IMG/VR virus record: IMGVR_UViG_3300042291_001547
Span: 1 to 52,394 of that record
Origin: a virus
Taxonomy: Duplodnaviria > Caudoviricetes
Direction: 5' to 3' (one strand)
Length of the DNA: 52,394 nt
The notes under the pieces were generated by a model. It saw nothing but the letters and a program-made list of their open reading frames with translations, was not told the origin of the DNA and did no database searches. The position numbers were made by a program, and so were the translations under genes. Positions 36,301-42,880 of the stretch are shown here, in pieces (position 1 is the stretch's first letter; each line of letters begins with the position of its first letter).

Positions 36301-39053
36301 CCAATGATCAGCTGACCTTAACCATCACCGACGATCTGCGTAAGCAGGTTGAGGGTGTCGGCCTGCCTTTGTTTAGCCGCAAGCAGAACATTTTCGGGCA
36401 GCCTTTGCCAGCCAGCAACTGGTCTGTCGAAGACGGCAAGATGGACGAAACGATCTACAATCTGCAGGACAAGCTGGTCGACACCAAGCGTGTGCTCCAG
36501 GGCATACGTAAAGCCAGCAACACTGTCGCCGACAGGTGGGACGGGTATCTGCAGGAGACGTTGTACCACGGTCGCACCGCTAAGCGCACAACCGACTTTA
36601 TTGATGACGAGCTGTCGCCTTTGATCAAGGGTATGGGCGCTGCCAACGTCAGCATGAAGGAGTTCGACACATACCTGCATAATCGCCACGCTCAAGAGCG
36701 TAACGCTGTAATAGCCCAGAGAAACCCAGCGCTGCCAGACGCCGGCTCGGGCATAAAAAGCGGTGACGCGCGTGCGTACCTGGCGGCTATGGATCCAAAT
36801 CGACGGGCGACTCTCGAGGCTCTTGCTCAGAAAGTAGACGCCATAACTGAGAAGACCCGCCAGGCGCTACTGGCCGGCGGTCTTGAGAGCCAGGCGGCCA
36901 TCGACGCGTGGGAGGCCACCTACAGTCAGTACGTGCCGCTCATGCGGGAAGAGCTAGACTTCGACCCCAGCAGTGGCTCAGGTGGCTCAGGCGCCGGGTT
37001 CGACGTTAAAGGCAGCTCGTCCAGGCGCGCCGTTGGATCTTCCTCAAGAGCGGTGGTGGACATCCTGGCCAACATCGCTATGCAGCGTGAGCGTGCTATC
37101 GTGCGTGCTGAGAAGAACCGAGTCAGCCAGGCTATGTACGGGCTGGCCATACAGAATCCGAACCCTGGCTTCTGGCTGCCGATAAACCCCGAAGCGATTA
37201 AAGACAAGACGGCTTTGGCAGCAGAGCTGGTGTCGATGGGCATAAACCCTTTGCAAGCGCAGAACATCGCCGAGCAACCAAAACAGACCTACGTTGACCC
37301 ACGCAGCGGGCGTGTTACTACCCGGCTAAAATCCTTCCTGGCAGACAATCCAAACGTGCTCGTAACCCGGGTTAATGGCAAAGACAGGTTCCTGCTCTTT
37401 AACAGCCAGGACGAGCGCGCCAACCGCATGGTCAAAGCCTTGAAGAACCTGGACGCGGATCAGCTTGGCCGCGCTTTGTCTACGGTCGCGGTAGGCACCC
37501 GGTGGTTCGCCAGCGTGAACACCCAGTACAACCCTATCTTCGGCGCGATCAACTTTACCCGCGACGTACAGGGCGGCATGCTTAACCTGTCAACTACACA
37601 AATCGCAGGCAAGCAGAAGGACGTTGCAAAAAACACCATGCCCGCGCTGATCGGGATCTATCGAGACCTGCGCAGTGGCACGCCAAGCCAGTGGGCTACT
37701 CTGTGGGAAGACTTCCAGCAGGCGGGCGGTCAGACCGGGTTCCGTGACCAGTTCAGCCAGAGCGAAGAGCGCGGCAAGGCTTTGCAAAAAGAACTTGACG
37801 CGCTGCGCGACGGGTCGGCTAAGAAAGCTGGTAAGGCTGTTCTTAACTGGTTGTCTGACTACAACACTGCTATGGAAAACGCGGTGCGACTGTCTGCGTA
37901 CAAGGTGGCGCTGGACAACGGCGTCTCTAAAGAGCAGGCCGCGTCATTAGCTAAAAACTTGACGGTCAACTTCAACAAAAAAGGCCAGGTCGCAACGCAG
38001 ATGGGCGCCTTGTTCGCGTTCTTTAACGCCAGCGTGCAGGGTTCTGCCCGGTTGTTGGAGACACTGAAAGGTCCAGCCGGCAAGAAGATTGTCTACGGCG
38101 GGCTGCTCCTTGGCTCCGCCCAGGCGCTGGCTATGGCTGCGGCTGGATTTGATGAAGACGAGCCGCCGCAGTTCCTGCGCGAGCGCAACATCATCATCCC
38201 AATCGGGGACAAGAAGTACCTGGCCGTGCCAATGCCACTGGGCTTTAACGTAATCCCCAACACCGGCCGCGTGGTAACCGAGTGGGCGATGTCTGGCTTT
38301 GAGAACACCGGCGCAAGGATGTTTGACTTACTCGGGTCTTTCGTTGACATGTTTAACCCGGTCGGCAACGCCGGGTTCTCCACGCAGACAATTCTACCTA
38401 CCGTTGCAGATCCGGTTGGGGCGCTGTTTGAAAACAAAGACTGGTCAGGCAACCCGATTGCAAAAGAACAATTTAGCGGTCTTGCTCCTACACCCGGTTA
38501 CACTCGCGCAAAAGACACGGCCAGTTGGTTATCCAAAGAGCTGTCTTACTATCTGAACCTGGCGTCCGGGGGCACAGAGTTTGCTCCTGGCGCGCTAAGC
38601 CCCACACCAGACCAGCTTGATTACCTGTTTAGTCAAATTACCGGCGGTCTGGGTAGAGAGATCATGAAGACCGAACAAACCGCCACGGCGTTAATAACCG
38701 GTGAGGATTTGCCACCGTTCAAGATACCGTTGTTTGGGCGATTGTACGGGGACACTAGCACCAGCGCTGCGGATGCTAACCGGTTCTACGAAAACATCCG
38801 GCGGATGAACATCCACAAGGAAGAGATCGATGGTCGCCAGAAATCTCGCAGGCCAGTAGGTGAGTACCTGCGAGAAAACCCTGAAGCCAGACTGGTCACC
38901 GCTGCGTCAAGTACTTACCGCGAGGTGCAGCAGATGCGCAATCGTAAGCGCGAGATGGTGGAGCGGGGCGCGTCGCGAGAGTCTGTCCGGATAATGGAGC
39001 AGCGAATAGCCTCTCGCATGAGGCAGTTCAACGATCGATTGGATCGTATGTAA
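27312..39053 (+). CDS. Giant polyvalent virion protein (3913 aa): zincin peptidase, HhH-glycosylase-like, two GNAT-like modules, LPD38-like C-terminus
   Basis: HEFKH...EMTAD; GPKIG..F...TMDRW...ADLQAVLW; GGRKLDAFD..LPKFY..HGF; PGQGEAS...WYSRRGF; C-terminal ENKDWSGNPI...LDYLF...TGGLG. Confidence 0.85.
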   Translation: MESFNYLAARQAGYSEEEIGRFLANQYSFDYDGAVAEGYKPQEIVDFLSIRETKPVAAPEVEERTVGNAVQDLAASFGVGTGQLVGLLGSAYGLTTGDMDNRATRFGANTAEFWEARKTPILKAAEDLRQARVDAAEGEFEKAGVAIWETIKNPMLLVSEVTKQVPNLAVGGLAGLGAKTVGKVGAATLGKELSEQAVTKIGVGAATGSELGLSSADFGQSAYDQLMAIPDEVWAANPDLQERTGGNPDLFFRVKREMATELAQNSAIAGGIVTFGLNKLPGAKTIEKVLGGDALTGTRTRRALTGLAGETVSEGAEEVATQLSANIAQAQIDPNTDLTAGLGQAGGLGALVGGAFGAGAGALSPQRAEALAPSGLESLSVGQTDTINGNIVSRTQSGFDITTPTGMRIQTDLSGANTILNRPVEEQRPRGLLRDATNAGEAVSAAEDIIGSIDADIEALEREVDLASTDAIVESITPAPITPAPITPAPQETLQSGRGLLAQEMTGTASVTLPPVEPAPTLTLEALASADISSMPAPERQEFLADLNFARTAELPAQRQSALTRAAETYGRTVGPIQQPVARATPEEALQATRQPTAERLTTAAPDIDALLGADTRGLDQEDRADFNAQLAMARTAEPGPVQTAALNRAAEIYGRAIGPIQPRTQALAAERVTTAAPDLDALLTADTRALPQEDRDDFNAQLAMARTTEPGPAQTAALNRAAEIYGRTIGPIQPRTQGSARPEAPRPTRLLGRATETYTAPELQSLADNTKLPEITRRGAQIELRARSDFATSFNPTMAPMRTQPLEVSTNVEITRAAPATLQQGGAASLPDAAVNVPTRADERRAAFQPILDSVLRPGDPKITLGAPTPEAEAQIQEMSSILGSAFGQDLPVVAFSDPSPESPNGFALKGQAFVNVSGLQISAPRTTLHEFKHVVEQIALAERAAGLTDTAAQEFTEQIESIFDDMSEEGKRSYAEKLLFTAELEGLSGAERETRLQELLADPLLRSEMTADFLGNRAQDKKFWTDLAAADPQGFTGFVERWLAVVNNLLAQLRGAKNQGTKESARVDKYIKDLNRAKLTAQSALINYRKATGQAPVATPAAAAAPQFSIKEGASLADTASLAGANRVSSSQTWRKGRDLKVALQQRVIDAAAARGIDVSTDSPETREYLREVGMKDALAALNQNPNAIGWYDIKTRQALAVMSLVHPEIARDENARFAFTWALAVTSNGMKVEQNFELAEKAYDRYKRDGVMPSNLGAGTAGKAINQSLAMFNELRDAWGIDNLRQFMQTNFTVSEITGLSKDLTPGGEFANTTVKGAAILGPKIGNGFFSNLYGDFTSLTMDRWLIRTWGRWTGTLIKAMPEQTALARTRLSNNVKAIVANKQEAARLEALIGAEITADMDVDQLSAVVQKASMDPKIRAKLNETDLGQTLRLAGNSLAKYLDGQKEAPSGPEERQYIRAVFNDILDELNQTDQYKDLMMADLQAVLWYAEKRLYETAKDDPNQLAADEGVEGYDDESAPDYANAAARIARQKGVTDKRINATLKRIENERSTAARSEDGVSQDAGDRQPATGRGFTRQEKRKFIGERAVLRVRADRMGDAQSPGSYSSKGQPDGGRVRVLKSLGVSYTNEWKLNRDAATAFRANKMPAPEFLELASTAENAQKFAESISENKATHPFGAAVYVYSPEEYRDMRLFLTEDGKSGVAIKPDGDIVSVFSTGGAGRAVMELAVAAGGRKLDAFDTILPKFYAPHGFRAVARTRWNDEFAPEEWNKDTFEEFNNGEPDVVFMVYDPAKMDAEYSAKDGKVMAEYDRAVSLQNREMKRLTPQFSRKQGDVLARDPRLEQAAQGMKEGTVTSAEYRELVNAIKPVTPYTEAPDPAKPEDIRRALTSDKLDRIGVPSKTLKAGDPVGLRLDIPAYANHGVWVVSVHDQIPGFAAGKSIGYESVASVTNPTFGVVESAALNIASGKPKATIAVMKGDWKPITPKQASATAKLAMDSKSWAQVGMDPTRHAYFYDRATLQPVVSADEAIQVGPLVLAKNPVYGNKEDFHFSRKQADDTDEPVRIRLGRTDNTAANKALDSLQAKLAANPLNDRELTRKGAAVNLSVDNGALRISDIRSTSPGQGEASELLDMVLAEADTAGTKVTLFADSYVEDSGLNTDALVDWYSRRGFEEVRRDEDGVEMRRYPANLQFSRKQGGDEVADIRDAREERNLRMFSQDLRSRISDSVKTRAENTRKVDAEGGFLGLEVGDTFLTQGAGGRRWRNKVIAKSLSRVGPSMRRPTGNLNPISSEFEYTFDNTVYTPALYVETIGPDGDVSQTTNLLYLLDQTGYTKMGGPKFSRKQTDTPDIRFSLKQQPFYSSLKRAVGDMPERMRTQPAKQWVQWLTSPSNQSRFGFKKDEVSWSGVEDYLNLRGKDKVTADDIIQYLNENNVVVQDVVLGGTPVEESAYPAGTFMLPESGETGDMAYWREELQRIAEEEELDVDTLMDELEDVSGESMPVDAPEDSVQYSQYVAGQGENYREVLITLPVKQVTKTWVADDTKNGWRVKDQDGLYLGTIRKDNAKTAEEAIAEAALTFRGRKRAEEVDYKSSHWSAPNVLAHLRVDDRFTLTPLTPDEIAKLELIGKAEPKLSAARNRLRVARRGAALRRDVRIDALKDELRPLVRAGQLPLSEMIARLDEVSSEEDPLVKKAAEEFRQLQDSLSIPNTPVQNRQSVLFVNEVQSDWGQDARKKGVRSETFVKDDRSVWSAFDEYTDTLYSGRFDRALDYLRIRSINPVSFLRNSSTDEIKTFFNKYEPENAAEIIPLAETYKNVSALRESQAVSSKGVSPAPFIGDTESWATLAIKRAVILAVDGGYDKLAFVNGEQAAEMFDLSKRVGEILYNEGDGRYSLVIYSPDNDLIHKQDNASPDDVANLIGKDLANKIVNGEGVYSDSYGATVISGLDLKVGGEGMAGFYDGIVPNILRKLAKKFGGTVAVEPVQVSPGRSKTNDQLTLTITDDLRKQVEGVGLPLFSRKQNIFGQPLPASNWSVEDGKMDETIYNLQDKLVDTKRVLQGIRKASNTVADRWDGYLQETLYHGRTAKRTTDFIDDELSPLIKGMGAANVSMKEFDTYLHNRHAQERNAVIAQRNPALPDAGSGIKSGDARAYLAAMDPNRRATLEALAQKVDAITEKTRQALLAGGLESQAAIDAWEATYSQYVPLMREELDFDPSSGSGGSGAGFDVKGSSSRRAVGSSSRAVVDILANIAMQRERAIVRAEKNRVSQAMYGLAIQNPNPGFWLPINPEAIKDKTALAAELVSMGINPLQAQNIAEQPKQTYVDPRSGRVTTRLKSFLADNPNVLVTRVNGKDRFLLFNSQDERANRMVKALKNLDADQLGRALSTVAVGTRWFASVNTQYNPIFGAINFTRDVQGGMLNLSTTQIAGKQKDVAKNTMPALIGIYRDLRSGTPSQWATLWEDFQQAGGQTGFRDQFSQSEERGKALQKELDALRDGSAKKAGKAVLNWLSDYNTAMENAVRLSAYKVALDNGVSKEQAASLAKNLTVNFNKKGQVATQMGALFAFFNASVQGSARLLETLKGPAGKKIVYGGLLLGSAQALAMAAAGFDEDEPPQFLRERNIIIPIGDKKYLAVPMPLGFNVIPNTGRVVTEWAMSGFENTGARMFDLLGSFVDMFNPVGNAGFSTQTILPTVADPVGALFENKDWSGNPIAKEQFSGLAPTPGYTRAKDTASWLSKELSYYLNLASGGTEFAPGALSPTPDQLDYLFSQITGGLGREIMKTEQTATALITGEDLPPFKIPLFGRLYGDTSTSAADANRFYENIRRMNIHKEEIDGRQKSRRPVGEYLRENPEARLVTAASSTYREVQQMRNRKREMVERGASRESVRIMEQRIASRMRQFNDRLDRM
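29112..29526 (+). repeat. 216-bp (72-aa) internal tandem duplication, plus a diverged upstream copy
   Basis: TTAAPD.DALL.ADTR.L.QEDR.DFNAQLAMART.EPGP.QTAALNRAAEIYGR.IGPIQPRTQ twice; weaker copy at ~28870-29050. Confidence 0.85.
31969..32187 (+). CDS. Candidate overprinted small protein in the +1 frame of the giant gene
   Basis: ATG after A-rich AAAGAG; GC-rich third positions in this frame while the main frame uses CGA/TCA/ACA/AGG; protein-like C-terminus IEWAMRNHPGLTRQKANQMADAFGF. Confidence 0.6.
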   Translation: MNDQQQHDLKMASRKTLETGSRQQVEALLAKKNASSLESEPSSESGPIEWAMRNHPGLTRQKANQMADAFGF

Positions 39054-39663
39054 ACCCAACGTCACCGCCGAGGCGCCACTTGCTTTTATCCTCGACGGTG
39101 TACTTGTGGGTGGCGACCTCGAAGTCCGGGCGCATCAAGGTGTCGTGGGCTAAGGATGTGTCGTAGAACAAGCACCGGTTATTCGGCTGCAACGCGTACT
39201 GCCCGTTGTCCAGCCGGATAAGGTTGTAGCTCTTGTGCTCGTCTGGCGTTTGCGTAAACGTGAAGTCCGGTATCCTGGGGTCGGGTTGCGCGCCGTCGAG
39301 CGTGAGAACATACACGCCGCCGCGCAGCACCTTGTCCTTGCAATAGACGTCGGCTCGAAGGCCGGTCAGTAGCGGCTTTTCAATCACCTCAACGTGGTAG
39401 CCCAGGCAGTCCCAGATCTGCAACACGTCCAGCGGCTGGTCGTCCTCGATAGCTTCTTTCCAGGCGAAGGCGCTGATTGGCAACTTGTCGTACAGCGCGC
39501 CGTACTGCGGCAGATACGTCTCAAACCTAAACGCTTCGCCGCGGATAGACTTAACGCTGCACCACACGCCTTCTACAAATTCGCCATGGCCGCGCTGGTG
39601 GTCGTACAAATATTCAGCTCTTACGTAAACTTTGATCGGTGGTAGCGGGCATACAAAACTCAT
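39028..39663 (-). CDS. Conserved hypothetical phage protein
   Basis: VYVR.EYLYD...GHGEF, GALYDKLPISAF, LQIWDC, EHKS.N.I.LDNGQYALQPNNR; GGAG RBS before ATG 39663. Confidence 0.8.
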   Translation of the reverse strand: MSFVCPLPPIKVYVRAEYLYDHQRGHGEFVEGVWCSVKSIRGEAFRFETYLPQYGALYDKLPISAFAWKEAIEDDQPLDVLQIWDCLGYHVEVIEKPLLTGLRADVYCKDKVLRGGVYVLTLDGAQPDPRIPDFTFTQTPDEHKSYNLIRLDNGQYALQPNNRCLFYDTSLAHDTLMRPDFEVATHKYTVEDKSKWRLGGDVGFTYDPIDR

Positions 39664-39664
39664 A

Positions 39665-39868
39665 TTAATCTCCAAACTTGCGTTTACGCGACTCTTCGAT
39701 CCAGCTACGCATAGGTTGAGCGCTGTATTTTGAGTAACCCTTGGGTATTTGCTGTATCTGTTTGCCGGCAGCAAGGTACTTCTTGATGTCGTCGGCTATC
39801 TTCCTGCGCTGGTCAGCCAGTTCAGGTGAAGTCTCTTCCACCAGCCGGTAGTATTTCTGTGACCTCAT
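39665..39868 (-). CDS. Small protein resembling the SutA RNAP-binding domain
   Basis: RRKIADDIKKYLAAGKQIQQIPKG resembles the SutA core L...MEEFL..GGKVQEI. Confidence 0.55.
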   Translation of the reverse strand: MRSQKYYRLVEETSPELADQRRKIADDIKKYLAAGKQIQQIPKGYSKYSAQPMRSWIEESRKRKFGD

Positions 39869-39876
39869 AGATCCCC

Positions 39877-40071
39877 CTAGCTCTTTGGCATCGAGTGCTT
39901 TAAGAGCCACTCGTCTACGTCCGCTTTCCTCCACAGGATTCGATTAGAACCTGGGCGATTGAACCGCGGGGGTAACTTTTCCGGATTGCGCCGGGCGTCC
40001 GCCTTAACCGTTTCAGGCGACAGCCTGAGCAATTCAGCAAGGTCGTGTGGCGTTAATAGTTTATCTGTCAT
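39877..40071 (-). CDS. Excisionase/AlpA-like winged-helix DNA-binding protein
   Basis: LLTPHDLAELLRLSPETV...LPP...GSNRILWRKADVDEWL. Confidence 0.8.
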   Translation of the reverse strand: MTDKLLTPHDLAELLRLSPETVKADARRNPEKLPPRFNRPGSNRILWRKADVDEWLLKHSMPKS

Positions 40072-40085
40072 TTTAAACAGCTCCA

Positions 40086-42080
40086 TTAGTCAATCTCTTT
40101 CATGTAGTAGTCAGTTATAAATCCGTCAGCCCGCAGAGGTAGCCCGGGCGCCCAGTCAATCGCACGCCCCATGATCTCCTCCATCTCCTTAAGCCTATCC
40201 GTTCGCTCTTCCGAGACGTCTTCGTCGTGCACCGTAAACATCTGGTTAAAGCCCGCCTGGTCGAGCGCAAGCATCGATTCAGCCAGGCAGTCCCGGGCGA
40301 TAGCCTGCACCAGGTTCTCTACCGCACGCCCGCCGAAGGTCGACATGCGGCACCAGCGCCGCGTCGTCTGGTCGATACCCTTGTAGGTAACCGAGCCTTC
40401 GCGCGCCACTATAAAGTCCCCGTTCTTCAGGTCTTGCGTCTCTATGCGCGCGCTCGCGTAGAAGAGTTCTCGCCCACTCGGCAGCGTAACGATCAGATAC
40501 CCACTCGCGTACCGGTATTTAATCGTGCTCTGGCCAAAGGCTATCTTTATCTCGACGGCCGTCTTGCGGCGTATCGCCTCCTTCATGGCCGTCTCTACGG
40601 TGTACCAAAGCCGTACGATCTCAGGGTTAGCCAGCCGCCAGGCGTCCTTGATAGGGCCTAGCTCTTCCTCCGGTATCCCCATGTCCAGCGCGCCCATGTT
40701 AATCAGCGCGTTAACGCCGCCCTGAAACCCCAGCGCCAGCTCAGCGATCTTACCCTTCTGTCGGTAGGGAGACTTCTTCGTCACGCTCCCCGCGGGCAAC
40801 TTAAACATCTGCTCTGCCGACGCTTCGTAAATCTTGCCGTGCGTTTTAAACACGTCGATGCGCCACTGGCACCCGGCCATCCACGCGATAACCCGAGCCT
40901 CGATCGCGCTGAAGTCAGAGATCACAAGGAGGTGGCCGGCCTTTGGCACCAGAGCCGTACGTATTAACTGAGACAACGTATCGGGCACCGAGCCGAACAA
41001 CAGTTCAATCAGTTCTACCTCTCTCTTAATGACCAAGCGCCGGGCTAAATCAAGATCCAACAATTTATTCTGTGGCAGGTTCTGCAGCTGCACCATCCGC
41101 CCTGCCCAGCGTCCGGTTCTGTTAGCCCCGTAGAACTGCGTTACTCCGCGCAGGCGGCCGTCGCTGCACACACCCCGGCGCATCGCCTGGTATTTATTAA
41201 CCGAGGTCTTGGACATCTCCTGCCTCAGTCTCAGCACGTCTTCAACGACGCCTGGTCCTGCTTTCTCAAGCAGTTTGGGCACGCTCGTTTTGCGCAGGTC
41301 AGTCACGTCTTCGCCGGTCTCTTTCTCCAGCCACCGTATTAACTGCGACACGCTGTTCGGGTTACTAAGCCCGGTGATCCGGGTCGCCTCTGCGCGCATC
41401 GTCTTCTTGACCACCTCGTCGCAGTAGATCGCCGCGTCAATCAGTTCTATGTCCACGCCCACACCGTGCCGAAACATCTTCTGGTCCAGCAGCCACAGCT
41501 TGCGCTCTTTGGGCGGTACTGGGAACGTTGCAAGTTTTCCGCACACGTATCGCTCTGACTTCACGTCCCCTGCGCAGTAGCTCTTAAACAGCTGCCACTT
41601 CTGTGGCTCATGGTGCGGGCGGTTTCGAGTTCTGCCGCCGTTGGTTTTAGTCGGCCGGCAGGGAAGGCAGAACACCCTGATTAACGCGTGACCCGCGCGC
41701 TGCTTGTGGTACTCGTCCGGCGCCTTGATCGCGGTGCACACTCCGGCCAGATCGTTGGGCAGCCCGAGGTATAGCGCGTGTACGCTGGTGCATTCCCACT
41801 GGTCAGCCGGCAAATCTTTGCCCAGCATTTTGGATAAGCACGTCATCTCGAACTGCGCATTAAATGCTTTCTTACGCACGTTGGCGTCGAACAAGGCGGC
41901 CAGGACAGCGGCAGGTATCTGCTCACCCGAGGCCAAGTCAATGACTATCACTGGACCACTGTCCAACGCGTACCCAAACAGCAGCACCTCAAACTCAGGC
42001 GACTCTGCATACCTTGCGACGCCGCACTTCTTCAGATCGACGTCGCTGTAGGTCTCTATGTCAACGTGCATGGTTCTCAT
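40086..42080 (-). CDS. DNA polymerase, family A, with 3'-5' exonuclease
   Basis: DIETYS (ExoI), FNAQFE, YCAGDV, RTGRWAGR..QLQNLP, SDFSAIEARV (motif A), RQKGKIAELALGF (motif B), VHDE (motif C). Confidence 0.95.
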   Translation of the reverse strand: MRTMHVDIETYSDVDLKKCGVARYAESPEFEVLLFGYALDSGPVIVIDLASGEQIPAAVLAALFDANVRKKAFNAQFEMTCLSKMLGKDLPADQWECTSVHALYLGLPNDLAGVCTAIKAPDEYHKQRAGHALIRVFCLPCRPTKTNGGRTRNRPHHEPQKWQLFKSYCAGDVKSERYVCGKLATFPVPPKERKLWLLDQKMFRHGVGVDIELIDAAIYCDEVVKKTMRAEATRITGLSNPNSVSQLIRWLEKETGEDVTDLRKTSVPKLLEKAGPGVVEDVLRLRQEMSKTSVNKYQAMRRGVCSDGRLRGVTQFYGANRTGRWAGRMVQLQNLPQNKLLDLDLARRLVIKREVELIELLFGSVPDTLSQLIRTALVPKAGHLLVISDFSAIEARVIAWMAGCQWRIDVFKTHGKIYEASAEQMFKLPAGSVTKKSPYRQKGKIAELALGFQGGVNALINMGALDMGIPEEELGPIKDAWRLANPEIVRLWYTVETAMKEAIRRKTAVEIKIAFGQSTIKYRYASGYLIVTLPSGRELFYASARIETQDLKNGDFIVAREGSVTYKGIDQTTRRWCRMSTFGGRAVENLVQAIARDCLAESMLALDQAGFNQMFTVHDEDVSEERTDRLKEMEEIMGRAIDWAPGLPLRADGFITDYYMKEID

Positions 42081-42316
42081 TTGTCGTGCAACAACGCTGG
42101 GGTGCGCTCGCCAAAGTACGCGCACGCTATGTTGAAATCGTAGTACTCAAGCGCTTCTTCGTGCGACATGCTCTCTTCCGGGATCTCGATAATCTTGGCG
42201 GTGTCGTAGACCACAATGTCCCCGCCGGCAACCGAAGCAACGCCAATGATCGCCTCGTCGAAACCGTCCAGGGTTATCGCGCCTTCGTACCGCTCATTTA
42301 TCTCGCTTATGTGCAT
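42077..42316 (-). CDS. Conserved hypothetical acidic phage protein
   Basis: DGFDEAIIG...VVYD..K...EEALEYYDFNI..AY.GE.TP; GAGGAGG RBS. Confidence 0.75.
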   Translation of the reverse strand: MHISEINERYEGAITLDGFDEAIIGVASVAGGDIVVYDTAKIIEIPEESMSHEEALEYYDFNIACAYFGERTPALLHDK

Positions 42317-42497
42317 ATGCAATCCTCCTCGCCAGGTTAGCGTCTCGCTCTTTGTAATTGCTTGGACTCTTAATGCCGAGCGACAACCCCGTCTCTAACG
42401 TGAGTCCGGACTCGCCTGGCTTGGCATAATAAATTTTGTTTCCCGCCGCCAGGTATTTAGCCACCTGGTCGGCGAGGTCTTCAGAGGTAATCGTCAC
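42294..42497 (-). CDS. Second small SutA-domain-like protein
   Basis: LADQVAKYLAAGNKI....PGESG; shares KYLAAG with 39665-39868. Confidence 0.5.
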   Translation of the reverse strand: MTITSEDLADQVAKYLAAGNKIYYAKPGESGLTLETGLSLGIKSPSNYKERDANLARRIAYAHKRDK

Positions 42498-42676
42498 TTT
42501 CGTTTCGAGTATCTGCCGTCTTTGCCACGGGTATCGTTTTTCCTGGCTTCATCCAGTTCTTCCAGCAGCATATTCTGCGTCTTCTCAAGCCTGGCGACCT
42601 CCGCTTTTAACGTGCTCACTTCTTGCCGGGCAGCAGCCAGGGCAGACCACGGGTTAACCATCTCACGTATATTCAT
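42494..42676 (-). CDS. Hypothetical coiled-coil protein
   Basis: Heptad pattern and C-terminal RGKDGRY. Confidence 0.65.
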   Translation of the reverse strand: MNIREMVNPWSALAAARQEVSTLKAEVARLEKTQNMLLEELDEARKNDTRGKDGRYSKRK

Positions 42677-42688
42677 AATCAATGCCTT

Positions 42689-42832
42689 CTACTGTAGTTT
42701 TGAGATCTCTATGCGCCTCAGATAGGCGAGGTACTTACCGTACACTTCCCCACTGGTCGCTCCATAAAACACAAGATTACATTCGTTGTACGAGGTGCGC
42801 AGGCACCAAAAGTTTTTACTAACGCGCGTCAT
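42689..42832 (-). CDS. Hypothetical 47-aa protein (not in the ORF track)
   Basis: AGGAG RBS; MTRVSKNFWCLRTSYNECNLVFYGATSGEVYGKYLAYLRRIEISKLQ fills an operon gap. Confidence 0.55.
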   Translation of the reverse strand: MTRVSKNFWCLRTSYNECNLVFYGATSGEVYGKYLAYLRRIEISKLQ

Positions 42833-42845
42833 ATTTTCGCTCCTG

Positions 42846-42875
42846 AAGACCCCCCGCCTTTACGGCGGAGGGCTT
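42846..42875 (-). terminator. GC-rich stem-loop after the SSB gene
   Basis: CCCTCCGCC-GTAAA-GGCGGGGGG then TCTT on the minus strand; weak U-tract. Confidence 0.5.
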
Positions 42876-42880
42876 GTTTA

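Noticed and set aside
32545-37950. Other same-strand alternate-frame ORFs inside the giant gene (32545, 33004, 33307, 34261, 36349, 36973, 37675)
   Set aside because: Mostly TTG starts without RBS and Ser/Thr/Pro/Arg-rich shadow composition, unlike 31969-32187
27312-39053. N4-like virion RNA polymerase, suggested by size and the N4-type capsid
   Set aside because: No T7-type or double-psi RNAP catalytic motifs recognised; the content fits a polyvalent protein
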